NCBI GenBank assembly: GCA_951406725.2
Contig: OX597814.1
Coordinates: 108,004,001-108,068,000 of the forward strand
Direction of reading: 5' to 3'
Origin: Octopus vulgaris
Taxonomy: Eukaryota
DNA length: 64,000 nt
Under the pieces are notes generated by a model. That model had not been told where the DNA came from. It did not search any database and saw only the letters and a list, made by a program, of their open reading frames with translations. Position 1 is the first letter of the stretch, and each line of letters starts with the position of its first letter. Positions 51,882-64,000 of this stretch are shown here, piece after piece. The translations under genes were made by a program, and so were the position numbers.

Positions 51882-53861
51882 GAATTTACCATTTTATCAA
51901 AAGTTAGCGCCAAAAAATGAAGATAAATTACTAAAGAGAAACTCAAAAGAGAAACTCAGAAGTGGAAAAAAAAAAAAAAAAAACCATCAAATTTTAAAAA
52001 AATTTTAATTTTGTAATTAATTGAATCATTTTGTTTCCATTTTACCTTTTACTTGCTCTTTGGTCATTGGACTGTGGCCATACTGGGGCACCACCTTGAA
52101 GAGTTTTAGTGAAACAAATCAACCCCTACACTTTTTTTAAAGTGTGGTACTTATTCCATTGGTCTCTACTGTTGAACTACTAAGTTATGGAGATGTAAAC
52201 AAACCAACACTGGTTGTTATGAGGTGGTGATGGTGGGGCAAACACAAAGACACACACACACACCTGGCAGGATTCTGTAGTTTCTGTCTGCCAAATTCAC
52301 TCACAGAGCATTGGTCAGCCCAAGACTACAGTGGAAGACACTCAACCAAAGTGTCATGCGGTGAGACTGAACCCAGAACCCTGGTTACAAAGTGAACGTT
52401 TTCAACCATGCAGCCATGCTGGGGCACCAACAGCAAGAATTTTAGGTGAACAAATCAACCCCAGCAATTAGTTTTTAAATCCTGGTACTTAATCTATCAA
52501 TCTCTTTTACTGAACTGCTTAGTTACAGGGATGTAAACACAATAACACTGGTTGTCAAGCTGTGGTGGGAACAAACACATATATAGGATGGGATTCTTTC
52601 AGTTTCCATCTATGAAATCCACTCAGAAGGCTTTGATTGGTTCAAAGCTATTGTAGAAGACACTTGCTCAAGGTGCCATGCAGTTGGACTGAACCTGGAA
52701 CCATGTTGTTAACTCCTATTCATGATGTAGTCCAAAATCAATGGACAAAGAGGTCAATATCAAATGGCTTTATTAACAATAAAGGAAAGAAAAGAAAAGG
52801 TGGTGGTGTTATTTCTGTGTAGAATGGTTGATTCACCGGTTATATTTAAAGTCCTTTTAAACAAGATTCAGAGACTCATCATTGTCGTTTAACATCCTCT
52901 TTCCATGCTGGTATGGGTTGGACGATTTCAGTGAGGGCTGGTGAGCCAGGAGGCTGCACCAGGCTCCAATATTGATCTGGCAATGTTTCTATAGCTGGAT
53001 GCCTTTCCTAATGCCAGTCACTCTGTGAGTGTAGTGGGTGCTTTTTATGTGCCACCGGCACGAGAGCCAGGCAGGCAGTATTGGCATCGGCCACGGCTTC
53101 ATTTGCCTCAACAGGTCTTTGCAAGCACAGTTTATTGCCCAATGATTGAAGGGTGCTCTTAGATGGGCTGGTTATGCTACACTGGCATAGACCACAGTTA
53201 CAGTCTCACCTGGCTTGCCAGGTCTTCTCAAGCACAGCATATCTCCAATGGAAGTAAAAATTGTTTAAATCAATGCAGACAATTTGTGAGAAAACCAATG
53301 TTTCAGAAAATTTGCATGGTTTCAGATGAAAAAAAAACAACCTGTGAATAGTGTTAATATAGGTGCAGGCATGACTGTGATAAACTTGCTTCTCAACCAT
53401 ATTGTTCTAGGTTCAGTCCCACTGTGTGGCATCTTGCGCAAGTGTCTTCTAATATAGCCTTGGGCTGACCAAAGCCCTGTGAATGAAATTGGTAGATGGA
53501 AACTGAAAGAAGGGCATCATGATGTGTGTTTGTGTCTCACCACTGCTTGACAAGTGGTGGTGGTGTGTTTATGTCCCCATAAATATTGGTCTCTTTTGAG
53601 ACCAATTGAATAAGTACCAAGCTTAAAAAAATAAAATGTACTGATGTTGATTTATTTGATTAAAATTCTTCAAGATGGTGCTCCAGTATGGCCGCAGTCT
53701 GAAGCAAGATCACAAGAATAAACTTGGACAAACAATAAAAAACCTTGTGATGGATGAGAAACATCATTGTTAGGTTAAGCAAACACTGATGCTTTATGCT
53801 ATCCCCCCCCCCCCTTTATGAAGTTGAGAAACTTCATTTTAATAATTTCACAAACTTTTAA

Positions 53862-54064
53862 CCCTTTCGTTACAGTATTTCTGTTGAGATGCTCTGTGTT
53901 TCTTACAAAGAATTTAGTAAAATAACTTAGTTATCATTAAGCTAGTGTTAGGAACATAAATTGTGACTAAGGTTTGTTGGAAGATTTTAATTCAAAACTT
54001 ATGAAAACAAGACATTTGTACTACAGAGCCAGACGTGGTTTCAACTGGGTTGGTAATGAAAGGG
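53862..54064. mobile_element. piggyBac-like MITE
   Basis: TTAA-CCCTTTCGTTAC ... GTAATGAAAGGG-TTAA (TIRs plus TTAA TSD). Confidence 0.8.
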
Positions 54065-56118
54065 TTAATGTACATTTTTCCATGTTTGCACAGATCACAA
54101 GGAATTTGTTTTCTATGGCTGAATGCCCTTTCCATCACCAACCCTCATCTGATTCCAAACAAGGTACCATTTCCCCATGGCCAGACATGTTTTCCATGGA
54201 AGACTGGAAATGAGGAATGCTTGTCTACAACCATCATGTGATGTCAAGACAAAGGAGTTCACCCTCCCCACACCCTCCCCACATCATCATAATTTAACAT
54301 CCATGTTTCAATGCTTGCATCGGTTGGATGGTTTGACAGGAACTGATGTGTCCAAGAAATGCTATGGAATGGTTTCTACTACTTGGTGCCCTTCCTATCA
54401 CACACGCATGCACAAGACGGGCTTCTTTCAGTTTCAGACAACCAAATCTACCCACAAAGCTTTGGTTGGCCCAGGGCTGTAGTAGAAGACACTGCCTGAG
54501 GTGCCACTAGTGGGACTGAACCTGAAACCACATGGTCGGGAAGCAAGTATCTTAACCACACAGCCATGCCTGTACACATATCTACCTCTTATATACATAA
54601 ACACACACACACATATATATTCAATTAATTTGTAATACTATCCCAGGCAATCCCTTTCTACAAAATACTTTGCTTTCTTTACTGACTCTAAATCCAGTCA
54701 ACAAAACCAGTCGGAGCTGTTTAATCATTTTAACAGCTGCTCTGAGAACAACATTACTTCATAATGTCTTTTAGCTGCTTTTATAAAACAGCTTCTGATA
54801 TTAATCCAAATTTCACACATGGATTAAGACACACAAAGAAACGTGGATTAATACTGAGAGGAAGCTTAGAATGAAAGTCCAGACAGATTTGACACCTGTT
54901 AAAAAAGAATATGGTGTCTATACCTATACTGGAAGAATAAAAAGTGAACCATTGGTGAAAAGAAAATTATTTGATTATATCACTTTTAAAACTATCTTTT
55001 AGAAGATGTATTATTTTGGTGAGCCACCCCTGGCTGGCACCTTGGGTGAGTTTCATTGGGTCCACTTAGTTGTAAAGATTCAGACTAAGAATCTCTCCCT
55101 CCCGCCAGTCTTGTAAGGGTTTATGGAGACTGCCTGTTCCCCTGACTAAAAGTAAAATGAGTTAAAAGCCCCTCCTCCCCTACAGACCATGTGTCAGTTT
55201 CAAAACCTAGGGTTGATGTAGGGGCACTTTATTTTACTTTATGTCCAAACCAGCCAGATCCAGCCCATCACACCTACCCTACAATGTCATTCTAAAAATA
55301 AACAAGTATATCACTGAAATCTCAAAGCTAAAAGATAATGTGAATTAATAACCATTAGATTCTGAGAGAATAATCTGAATGCTAAAGGGTTAAGGTCACA
55401 ATACCCTCATTCTCTAATTTCCATTGCAATATAAAGTTCCTTGAAAGGCAGCAAGCTGGCAGAATTGTTAGCACGCCAGGCAAAATGCTTAGCGTATTTC
55501 GTCTCTCATTACATTCTGAGTTCAAATTCTGTTGAGGTCAACTTAGCCTTTCATCCTTTTGGGGTCGATAAATTAAGTACCAGTTATGTACTGGGGTTGA
55601 TGTAATCAATTGCCCCCTGACCACCACACCAAAAATTTCAGGCTTTGTGCCTAGAGTAGAAAGTTCCTTGTATTATATCAACAGGTTCCCTCAAATGGCT
55701 GGGCAACTCCTTAGAGGTTGAGGAGATCTGTTACCAGAGTGACCTAATAAGCAGTAAAGGGGACATTCCTGAAGCATAGTAGGGAGACTAAGAACAGGTT
55801 GGAAAAAGTTCAGGGAGTTATTTATTACCAATTATCAAATGATCATTTAATTATCTTCAGCACAGGCATGGCTGTGGGGCAAAAAGTAGGTTTCTATATC
55901 ACTTGGTTCTGGGTTCAGTCCCACTATGTGACACCTCTGGTATCTTCTACTATAACCTAAGGCTGCCCTGAACCATGTGTATGGATTTGGTAGATCTGAC
56001 TATGGCCAAGCTGGGGCACTACATTGGAAGGTTTTAGTTGAGCAAACTGACCTCATGCTTTATACACACACACAAAGTGACAGGACAAATGAAAGAAAGA
56101 GCACTCAACACATTTATT

Positions 56119-56293
56119 GTTGAAAACTTTTTGATCCTGATTCTGTGCAACTTATAGTCTCAAAGCTTCTAACGAGGGCCTTTCAGTAGGCCAGTGGCAA
56201 TCCAATTTGAATTTCCACTGGCCTAATGAAAAGCCCCCATTAGGGGCTTTGAAACTCTAAGTAGCACAGAATCAGAATCAAACTATTTTCAAC
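56119..56293. repeat. Imperfect palindrome, ~85-bp arms
   Basis: GTTGAAAA..TGATTCTGTGC..TAGGCCAGTGG / CCACTGGCCTA..GCACAGAATCA..TTTTCAAC. Confidence 0.85.
56218..56269 (+). ncRNA. Degenerate hammerhead motif (G5 mutated) in one arm of a foldback repeat
   Basis: CTGGC-CTAATGA-AAAGCCCC(CATTA)GGGGCTTT-GAAA-CTCTAAG-TA-GCACAG. Confidence 0.5.
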
Positions 56294-58991
56294 TCTCTCT
56301 CTCCATATATATATATGTGTGTGTGTGTGTTGGGGTTTCTGTTTATGAAATCCACTCACAAAGTTTGGGTGGCCCAAGGCTATGGTAGAAGCCACCTGGC
56401 CCAAAGTACCACATAGTAGGATTGAACCTGGAACCATGTGGTTGGGAAGCAAACTTCTTATCTCACAGCCATGCTTGCACCTATTGGTGAATTTAAGATG
56501 AAAGCAGGCTATCTACCAGGGCCCATTTCTCAGCCCCTTTCTAGTCATCGTAGTCCTATAGGCCACAACTGAAGAGTTTAAGCTGAATCATCATCATCAT
56601 CGTTTAACATCCGCTTTCCATGCTGGCATGGGTTGGATGGTTTGACTGAGGACTGGTGAGCCAGAAGGCTGCACCAGGCTCCAATCTGATCTGGCAAAGT
56701 TTCTACAGATTTTGAATCTTTATTAAAACTACGAAGGGACATGACCTAGTGGTTAGGGTGCTCAGCTAACAATCATAAGATTGGAAGTTCAATTCCTAGA
56801 CCAAGTGAGATGTTATGTCCTCGAACAAGGCGCTTCATTCCAGGTTGCTCCAATCTATAATAATGGTAAAATTATTTTACTAAATTCTTCCTTATATTCA
56901 GTACTAAAAGAAAGCAGTGTACTTCAACAGAAATATGGAATGAATTTAAATATTTAAACACGGATTAAGTGGAGAGGAGATTTGTAAGAGAAGCTAACAT
57001 GGCCTGTTGCAATATTTCAACAGAGTTGTTTTCAGAGATCAGTGACTGTTTGATTGGATAAATACGTACAAGTCAGAATGCTTTGTTGCTTAAATACACA
57101 ACTCATGGATCATAAAATGGTGATTTATTATCTGGAATATATTGAAACCGGAAATATCATTTAATGCTGCCCCACCACCCTCTATACACGTAAAACAAAT
57201 TAAGACATCAATTGGTCTTCAACGGATATCAACAAATGTAAAATTAATCACTGTTGTATTTGGTTAGCAGTGATTTATCAGTTGGCTTTAATCTGATTAA
57301 TGACAAATGAATAACAAGATTAGTGTTTTGCGATCAAATGTCCTTTGTAAACATTCTGGAATACCAGAGAAATAACAAAAGAGATACAGAAATAGTTTGG
57401 TAAACAATTGAGAATACATACACCCACGTATGTATATATGTATGCACATTATACACGCACACACACACACATGTGCAGCACATTATACATACATGAATAT
57501 ACAATGTTGATATTTGTTTTTATGTTGTAATAAAACCAATTTCACATTCATTTGATGGGTTACTCCATAGTGACTGTATATAATCATCATCAGCACCACC
57601 ATCATCTGACTTTTCCATGCTGGCATGGGTCAGACAGAATTCAGTGAGGCAGATTTTCTACAACTGGAATTCTTTCCTGTTACCAACCCTCACCAGTTTC
57701 CAAGTAAGGCAATACTCCCCCCACCCCAGCTGGCAGAAACGTTAACACGCCGGGTGAAATACTTAGCAGCATTTCGTCTGCCTTTACGTTCTGAGTTCAA
57801 ATTCCGTCAAGGTTGACTTTACCTTTCATTCTTTCGGGGTCGATAGATTAAGTACCAGTTATGTACGGGGGTGATGATCTAATTGACTAGCTCCCTCCCC
57901 CAAAATTTTGGGCCTTATGCCTAGAGTAGAAATGACACCCCACCATGGCCAAACATTTTCATTGAAGACTGCAAATGAACCACATTGTTTGTATGATAGC
58001 TGTGTTTATTGACAACCACCATATCATATGCAAAAAGGGGACACACAGAGATAAATGAGGGATTGCTTTCAGTTTCCGTTTACCAAATCCACTCATAAGG
58101 CGTTGGGTGGCCCAAGACACTTGTGGAAGGTATGAGGTAATATCCCAAGACCACCTGGTTTGGAAGTAGGCTTCTTAATCAATACAGACACACCTGCATT
58201 GATATGTATATCATCATCACATCATCATGATGCTGGTATGCTTTGGATGGTTCGACAGGAGCAGATGAGTGAGCGAGAAGACTGTGCCAAGCTCTGCTGT
58301 CTGCCTGGCATGGTTTCTGCAGTCAGGTGCCATTCTTAGTGCCAACCACTATAGAGGGTGTGGATTAGGTGTTCTTTGTGTGGCACCAGTATGAGAAAGG
58401 GCAACAAGTAACTCGCAAAACCTCTCGACTGAATGAGGAGAGAGCAGTATTGAAGAGGGTGGTGAGATAAAGGGACAGGAAAAGGGGTCTTGCTGTACTG
58501 GAAATACATGACTAAGGTGTATTGGGGATCAGACCAAACCAAAGACACCCTCAAACAGAAAAAAACAAAAAACAAAAATGAGGTTTAGAAAATTGAAATT
58601 TTTATAGAAAAATCTAATTTAGATTATCATCATCATGTAAGGTCTGTTTTCCATGCTGGCATGAGTTGAACGGTTTAACAGGAACTGGTAAGGCCAGGGA
58701 CCATACAAGGTTTCTATTGTCTGTCTTGGCTTCGTTTTTATGGCTGGATTAGTTTCCCAATGCCAACCACTTTACAGAGTGCACTGGGTGCTGCTTTCTA
58801 TGTGGCACCATCACCTGTGCTTTTTATGTGGCACTGTGACAGAGTGACCCAATATCTTGCAAGACAAAGATAAGAACTTAAATAACAATGCTGCTTCAGT
58901 TGTTTTAGAAAAAAAATTCAAATCCGATGCTTTTTTTTGTTTTTCAGGTTTTGGTGATATTTAAAGAAAATATTGAGTTAAAAATGTGGAA

Positions 58992-60320
58992 ATGGAGTCG
59001 AGTTTTTATTTGGAAGGTGACTGGAATCGAGAGAAGAGGAAACTGACCAATGAACGGTTAAAGATAGCCAGAGATAATATTTATGAAAACGCATTAAATG
59101 TTGCCGAGAAAGAAATTGATCGACAACTTCAGGTGAGACTTCAAACAATAACAAGACAAGCAATGCATTTACGACAGAAAATTAAAGAATTTACTCTGGA
59201 GAAGAAACAAGTTCAATTAGAACTGAAGAGAAGATATTTTCCTGATATTGACTTTAGGAACGATGAATTTCGACTGAAAACATCGCTGAGCCATCTTGGA
59301 CTTTACCTTAATGATTTCTATTTGGAGAAAAACCAAAGATATCCCATAAGAATGGCATTTAATCACTCTACAAGACTAACTGAAAGGCTAAATGCCAAAC
59401 CATCAGAATATAGGAAGGTGCCGACGAAAAATGGATGTCCAAATGTAGCAAACAATTTAATATGTAAAAAACCAAAAATGAAGTCTTTAAATAATTCAGA
59501 AATTGGAGCCAAGAATGGTAAAACTAACTTTGATTTTCTTCCACAAGAAAATTCTTGCTTTGATCAACATAAATCTTTACCAGAACTTCGAGTTTCAAAT
59601 ATTAAAGAACACAAATCCTCTGTTTTATCTGAATCGTATTCTGAAAATCTCAAAGACGGGGCAGAAACAAAATTACCAAAATTACAAAATGAAGAAATTG
59701 ATGAAAGTGAACAAAACGATGGAATTGAACCAGAAAGTTTACAAACTCCAGATTTACCAAATATTGGTAGAGAAATTCTTTTAGGAAAACCATGTAACAA
59801 ATGTACAGATGAATATAATAATAACAGAACTGGTTTCAGAGACAGTAAGAGACAGTTTACAGAATTGTTGAAAATTAATCAAATTCAAAACCATAATTTG
59901 CAATCAAAGACAAATGGCATCAATGCTAAAGTGAGACATTTTATAAACAAATGTGATAAAATGTCTGAAATAAACAGAGATTCTACAACAGAAACACACA
60001 AGGAAACTGCAAAAACCCCAGAAAATGTTCTGCCCCAAAATGCAAACTTTATAATAAAGAATGAGTATTGGAAACTACCAAGACCTTGTAAGAAAGAATC
60101 GATTTCCATGGATAAAATGGTTCTGATGATGCAGACAGGATTCCAAGGAGACCGAAACCAAAATTTCTCAGTTCCTCTCAATACGGCTAAAAGAGCTTTA
60201 CGGCACACTCCGAGTGCAGCAAAAATGCAGACTTTTATTAAACGTCTTGTTTCACAAAGTTCATCAGTTTTGCAAAAAAAGGAAACTGGAATCTCAGTAG
60301 GATTCACAGAATCTCACTGA
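58992..60320 (+). CDS. Uncharacterised 442-aa protein (predicted N-terminal coiled coil, low-complexity N/K/E/S-rich middle), nested antisense in an RSPRY1 intron
   Basis: 1329-nt uninterrupted ORF in non-repetitive DNA. ATG in GAAATGG context, in-frame TGA upstream at 58974, strong acceptor ttttttttgtttttcag| at 58947. No transposon motifs recognised. Confidence 0.8.
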   Translation: MESSFYLEGDWNREKRKLTNERLKIARDNIYENALNVAEKEIDRQLQVRLQTITRQAMHLRQKIKEFTLEKKQVQLELKRRYFPDIDFRNDEFRLKTSLSHLGLYLNDFYLEKNQRYPIRMAFNHSTRLTERLNAKPSEYRKVPTKNGCPNVANNLICKKPKMKSLNNSEIGAKNGKTNFDFLPQENSCFDQHKSLPELRVSNIKEHKSSVLSESYSENLKDGAETKLPKLQNEEIDESEQNDGIEPESLQTPDLPNIGREILLGKPCNKCTDEYNNNRTGFRDSKRQFTELLKINQIQNHNLQSKTNGINAKVRHFINKCDKMSEINRDSTTETHKETAKTPENVLPQNANFIIKNEYWKLPRPCKKESISMDKMVLMMQTGFQGDRNQNFSVPLNTAKRALRHTPSAAKMQTFIKRLVSQSSSVLQKKETGISVGFTESH

Positions 60321-60468
60321 AAAAAGCAAAACATTGGGTCTTGAATTGTGTCAAAATTCTGAAACTAGTTGAAACCGTGTGTGTGTGTGAAAACAAGAAT
60401 GAGCTACTATGGCCAGTGGTATGTTTGTGAATAACACACATGCATATATGTATTAATTTATACATACA

Positions 60469-60503
<35 letters not shown>

Positions 60504-60904
60504 ATATATATATCTTGTTGCTATTATGTTAAACTGTCATATGTCAAAATGCATTTTTTTTTCAATATTAATTTTGGTCAAACTATTGTATCTCCAGCTG
60601 CTTCAGATGCCATGATATAAAAATTGTCAAAGTGTAGTAGAACTGTTTAGTATTTTTCAAAAATGTAGTAAGTCCCACACACCACAGATTTGCAAAAAAT
60701 ACTTCTGACTGAAAATATCATACAAGCATGGAGTTATGGAATGGTGAAACTATTTTTTCGTTTCCTGAAAAGCAATGTTTTGGACTTACAACACTTCTGC
60801 ATAATAGCAACAATATATATGTAGAAAATATACAGGGAAGGAAAATTATAGACATTTTTCTATCAGTGGCTAGCATGTATAAAATAGTTAATAGGCAACA
60901 TATT

Positions 60905-61317
60905 TTTCATATAAAATTAGTGTACATTTAAACACAAAAGAGGTGACCCTCACAGGACACCTTACATGCTAGAAGGAACAGTCAAAGTCCAAACCACGGT
61001 TAAGAGCAATTTCGAAGGGAATGAAAAATAAAAACATTTACAATATTTACCTCCCATACCTAGGTTTCGAACTTTAGTTAACAAATAAAACGATTTGTTA
61101 GGCGAAGTTCTTGTCAGTGGGGGTGCCACAAGTTAGCATATAATTATGTGACAAAATAGCACATCTCATCTTTGTAAATGTTTTTATTTTTTTACTTTTC
61201 ATTCCCTTCGAAATTGCTCTTAACTGTGGTTTGAACTTTGACTGTTCCTTTTAGCATGTAAAGTGTCCTGTTAGGGTCACCTCTTTTGTGTTTAAATGTA
61301 CACTAATTTTATATGAA

Positions 61318-61318
<1 letters not shown>
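60905..61318. repeat. Long inverted repeat (arms 60905-61043 and 61172-61318)
   Basis: Arms are reverse complements with a few substitutions and one short indel; the 128-nt spacer holds a hammerhead. Confidence 0.92.
61051..61123 (-). ncRNA. Type I hammerhead motif with an extended stem II (G8 mutated)
   Basis: CCCA-CTGACAA-GAACTT..TAACAAAT(CGTTTT)ATTTGTTA..AAGTTC-GAAA-CCTAGG-TA-TGGG; palindromic stem III ACCTAGGT. Confidence 0.7.
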
Positions 61319-61349
<31 letters not shown>

Positions 61350-62123
61350 AAACACAGCAACACTAATAATCATTCAAGTGGTGGCGGGAAACACACACAC
61401 ATATACATGATAGGCTTCTTTCAGTTTCCATCTACAAAACCTACTCATAAGGCTTTGGTTGGCCTGAGGTTACAGTAGAGGTCACTTGCCCAAGATGCTA
61501 TGCAGTGGGATTGAACCCAAAATCATGTAGTTGGAAAGCAAACTTCTAACCAGACAGCTACACCCGAAAAGAAACCTTTGGATGTGATGGTAAATAGGTC
61601 ATTGAAGTGGTGAAGGAAGAGGGCCAGGGACAAAACCAAACCCTCAGGGAACACCTGGGTTGATTGAGAGAAGAATAGGGGACAGGAAAAAAAGCCCTAT
61701 CAACACATACCAAAAGAGAGGAGATGGTTGGAACCCATAGGCAAGTTTTGATACAAGTTTAGCATGCAGGACACATTTGAGGGTTTTACTGATGTTTAGA
61801 GCAACAACATCACTTTCACTGAGCTGGTTCCAGGTTCAGTCCCACTGCATGACACTTTAGGCAAGTGTCTTCTATTATAGCTTTGGGTTGACCAAAGCCT
61901 TGTGAATGGATTTGGTAGACGGAAACTGAAAGAAGCCCGTCGAATATATGTGTATATATAGATACATGTATGTTTGTCCTGCACCAATGCTTGACAACCA
62001 GTGTAAGTGTGTTTATGTTCCCGTTACTTAGCAGTTTGGCAAAGGAGACTAACAGAATAAGTACCAGCCTTTAAAAAAAAAAATAAAAGACCTGGGGTCA
62101 ATTTGTTTGACTGAAATTCTTCA

Positions 62124-62402
<279 letters not shown>

Positions 62403-63375
62403 TTATTTTCATTAAATATTTTATTTAAACTTCATAAATGTATCAGAGAACGTAGTTATTTACTTGTGTGATTAGAGGATTCTGTGAATACAAACTAGGT
62501 TGATGGCTTTTAAATTGTTAAGAAAACTTCTTCTTCATCTTTTAATGTCTGTTTTCCATGCTAGCATGGGTTGGATGGTTTGACTGAGCACTGGCAAGCC
62601 AGGAGGCTACACTAGGATCCAATTTGATCTGGCAGAGTTTCTACAGCTGGATGCCCTTCCTAATGCCAAACACTCTGAGAGTGTGATGGGAGCTTCTTAC
62701 GTGCCACAGGCATGGGAGCCAGTCAGGTGGCACTGGCATCAACTATGCTCGAACGGTGCTTTTTATGTGCCAGTTGGGCAGCACTAGCATCAACCATGCT
62801 TGAATGGTGCTTTTTATGTGCTAGTCAGATGGCACTGGCATTAACCATGCTTGTATGCCACTGGCACAAGAAAAAAAAAAGCATGGGAAAAAAAAATAAA
62901 AGAAAGAGAAACAGGCATGAAAAAGGTGTGTGGCTTAGTGGTCAGGGTATTTGGTTTGTGATCATAAGGTTGTGAGTTCGATTCCTGGCAGTGCATTGGG
63001 CCCTTGAGCAAGACACTTTACTTCATGTTACTTCAGATGGCAAAAATGAGTTGTACCTGTATTTCAAAGGGACCAGCCTTGTCACATTCTGTGTCATGCT
63101 GAGTCTCCCTGAGAACTATGTGATGGGTATGCGCATGCCTGTGGAATACTCAGCCACTTGCAATCCTCATCGTTGTAACTGACAGAGTGCAAGCAAATAG
63201 ACATGGCTGTTTGGTTAAGAATCCCACTTGATAACCACATGGGTTTGGGTTCAGTCCTACTAGGCAGATTCCTTCGTTAGTATCTTCTGTTATTGCTCCA
63301 GGTTGATCAATGTCTTGTCACTGGATTTGATAGATGGAAACTGTTGGAAACCCATCATATGTATGTGTGTGTGTG

Positions 63376-63413
<38 letters not shown>

Positions 63414-63417
63414 CACA

Positions 63418-63787
63418 GGAGTGGCTGTGTGGTAAGTAGCTTGCTTACCAACTATATGGTTCCGGGTTCAGTCCCACTGTGTGACACCTTGAGCAAATAT
63501 CTTCTACTACAGCCTTGGGCAGACCAAGTCCTTGTGAGTGGATTTGGTAGGCGGAAATTGAAAGAAGCCCGTTGTATATATGTGTGTGTGTGCTTCTCCC
63601 CCCCCAACTTTGACATCTGATGCTGGTGTGTGTACGTCCCTGTAACTTAGCAGTTCGGCAAAAAGAGACCGATAGAATAAGTACTAGGCTTACAAAGAAT
63701 AAGTCCTGGGGTCGATTTGCTCAACTAAAGGTGGTGTTCCAGCATGGCCACAGTCAAATGGCTGAAACAAGTAAAAGAATAAAAGAA
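63418..63787 (+). mobile_element. tRNA-derived SINE family A, representative full-length copy (many copies in both orientations, e.g. 4886-5300, 17430-17760, 40020-40375, 45015-45750)
   Basis: A-box-like TGGCTGTGTGG and B-box GGTTCAGTCCC, internal (TA)n/(TG)n tract, 3' end GACTGAAACAAGTAAAAG recurring across the window. Confidence 0.9.
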
Positions 63788-64000
63788 TACATATATGTAT
63801 ATATATACCCCCCCACTACATGTATGTATGTAAGTATATGCATATATGTCCCCATCACAGAGTGGTGTTGGTTTGTTAACATCCCTGTAACTTAGCAATT
63901 CACCAAAATAGATTGTTACAATGAGTATCAGACTGGGAAAAAAAAAAGAAAAAACAGAAGTACTGGAGTCAATTCTTTTTTACTAAACTCTTCAAAGCGG

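Noticed and set aside
60240-60270. Minus-strand CTGATGA-AC(TTT)GT-GAAAC hammerhead-like string
   Set aside because: No stem I and it lies inside a protein-coding ORF; likely chance.
59885-60307. 140-aa minus-strand ORF
   Set aside because: Antisense shadow of the 442-aa plus-strand ORF.

Overview
Eukaryotic, AT-rich, repeat-dense DNA. The SINE repertoire and intron architecture suggest an octopus (coleoid cephalopod) genome; this is inference. The minus strand carries the last five coding exons of RSPRY1 (SPRY + RING), all with GT-AG sites and a continuous frame: 62321-62210, 44190-44088, 43259-43107, 41771-41667 and 39964-39853. An antisense 442-aa single-coding-exon ORF (58992-60320) is nested in its ~18 kb intron, with a candidate upstream RFX X-box and donor site. 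The rest is mostly tRNA-derived and RTE-tailed SINEs, mariner, hAT, Tigger and piggyBac-like DNA transposon remnants, CR1, RTE and Penelope (Naiad-like) fragments, and a tRNA-Lys pseudogene. The most unusual signal is a set of at least four, possibly five, unrelated minimal type I hammerhead-ribozyme motifs. These include a tRNA-headed (Pol III) SINE-like element with a hammerhead and Penelope-style inverted tail copies (15.8-16.4 kb, 25.8-26.2 kb), a tandem ~332-bp retrozyme-like dimer (50.3-50.8 kb), and hammerheads inside long foldback repeats (56.1-56.3 kb, 60.9-61.3 kb). Most short ORFs in the track are repeat artefacts.
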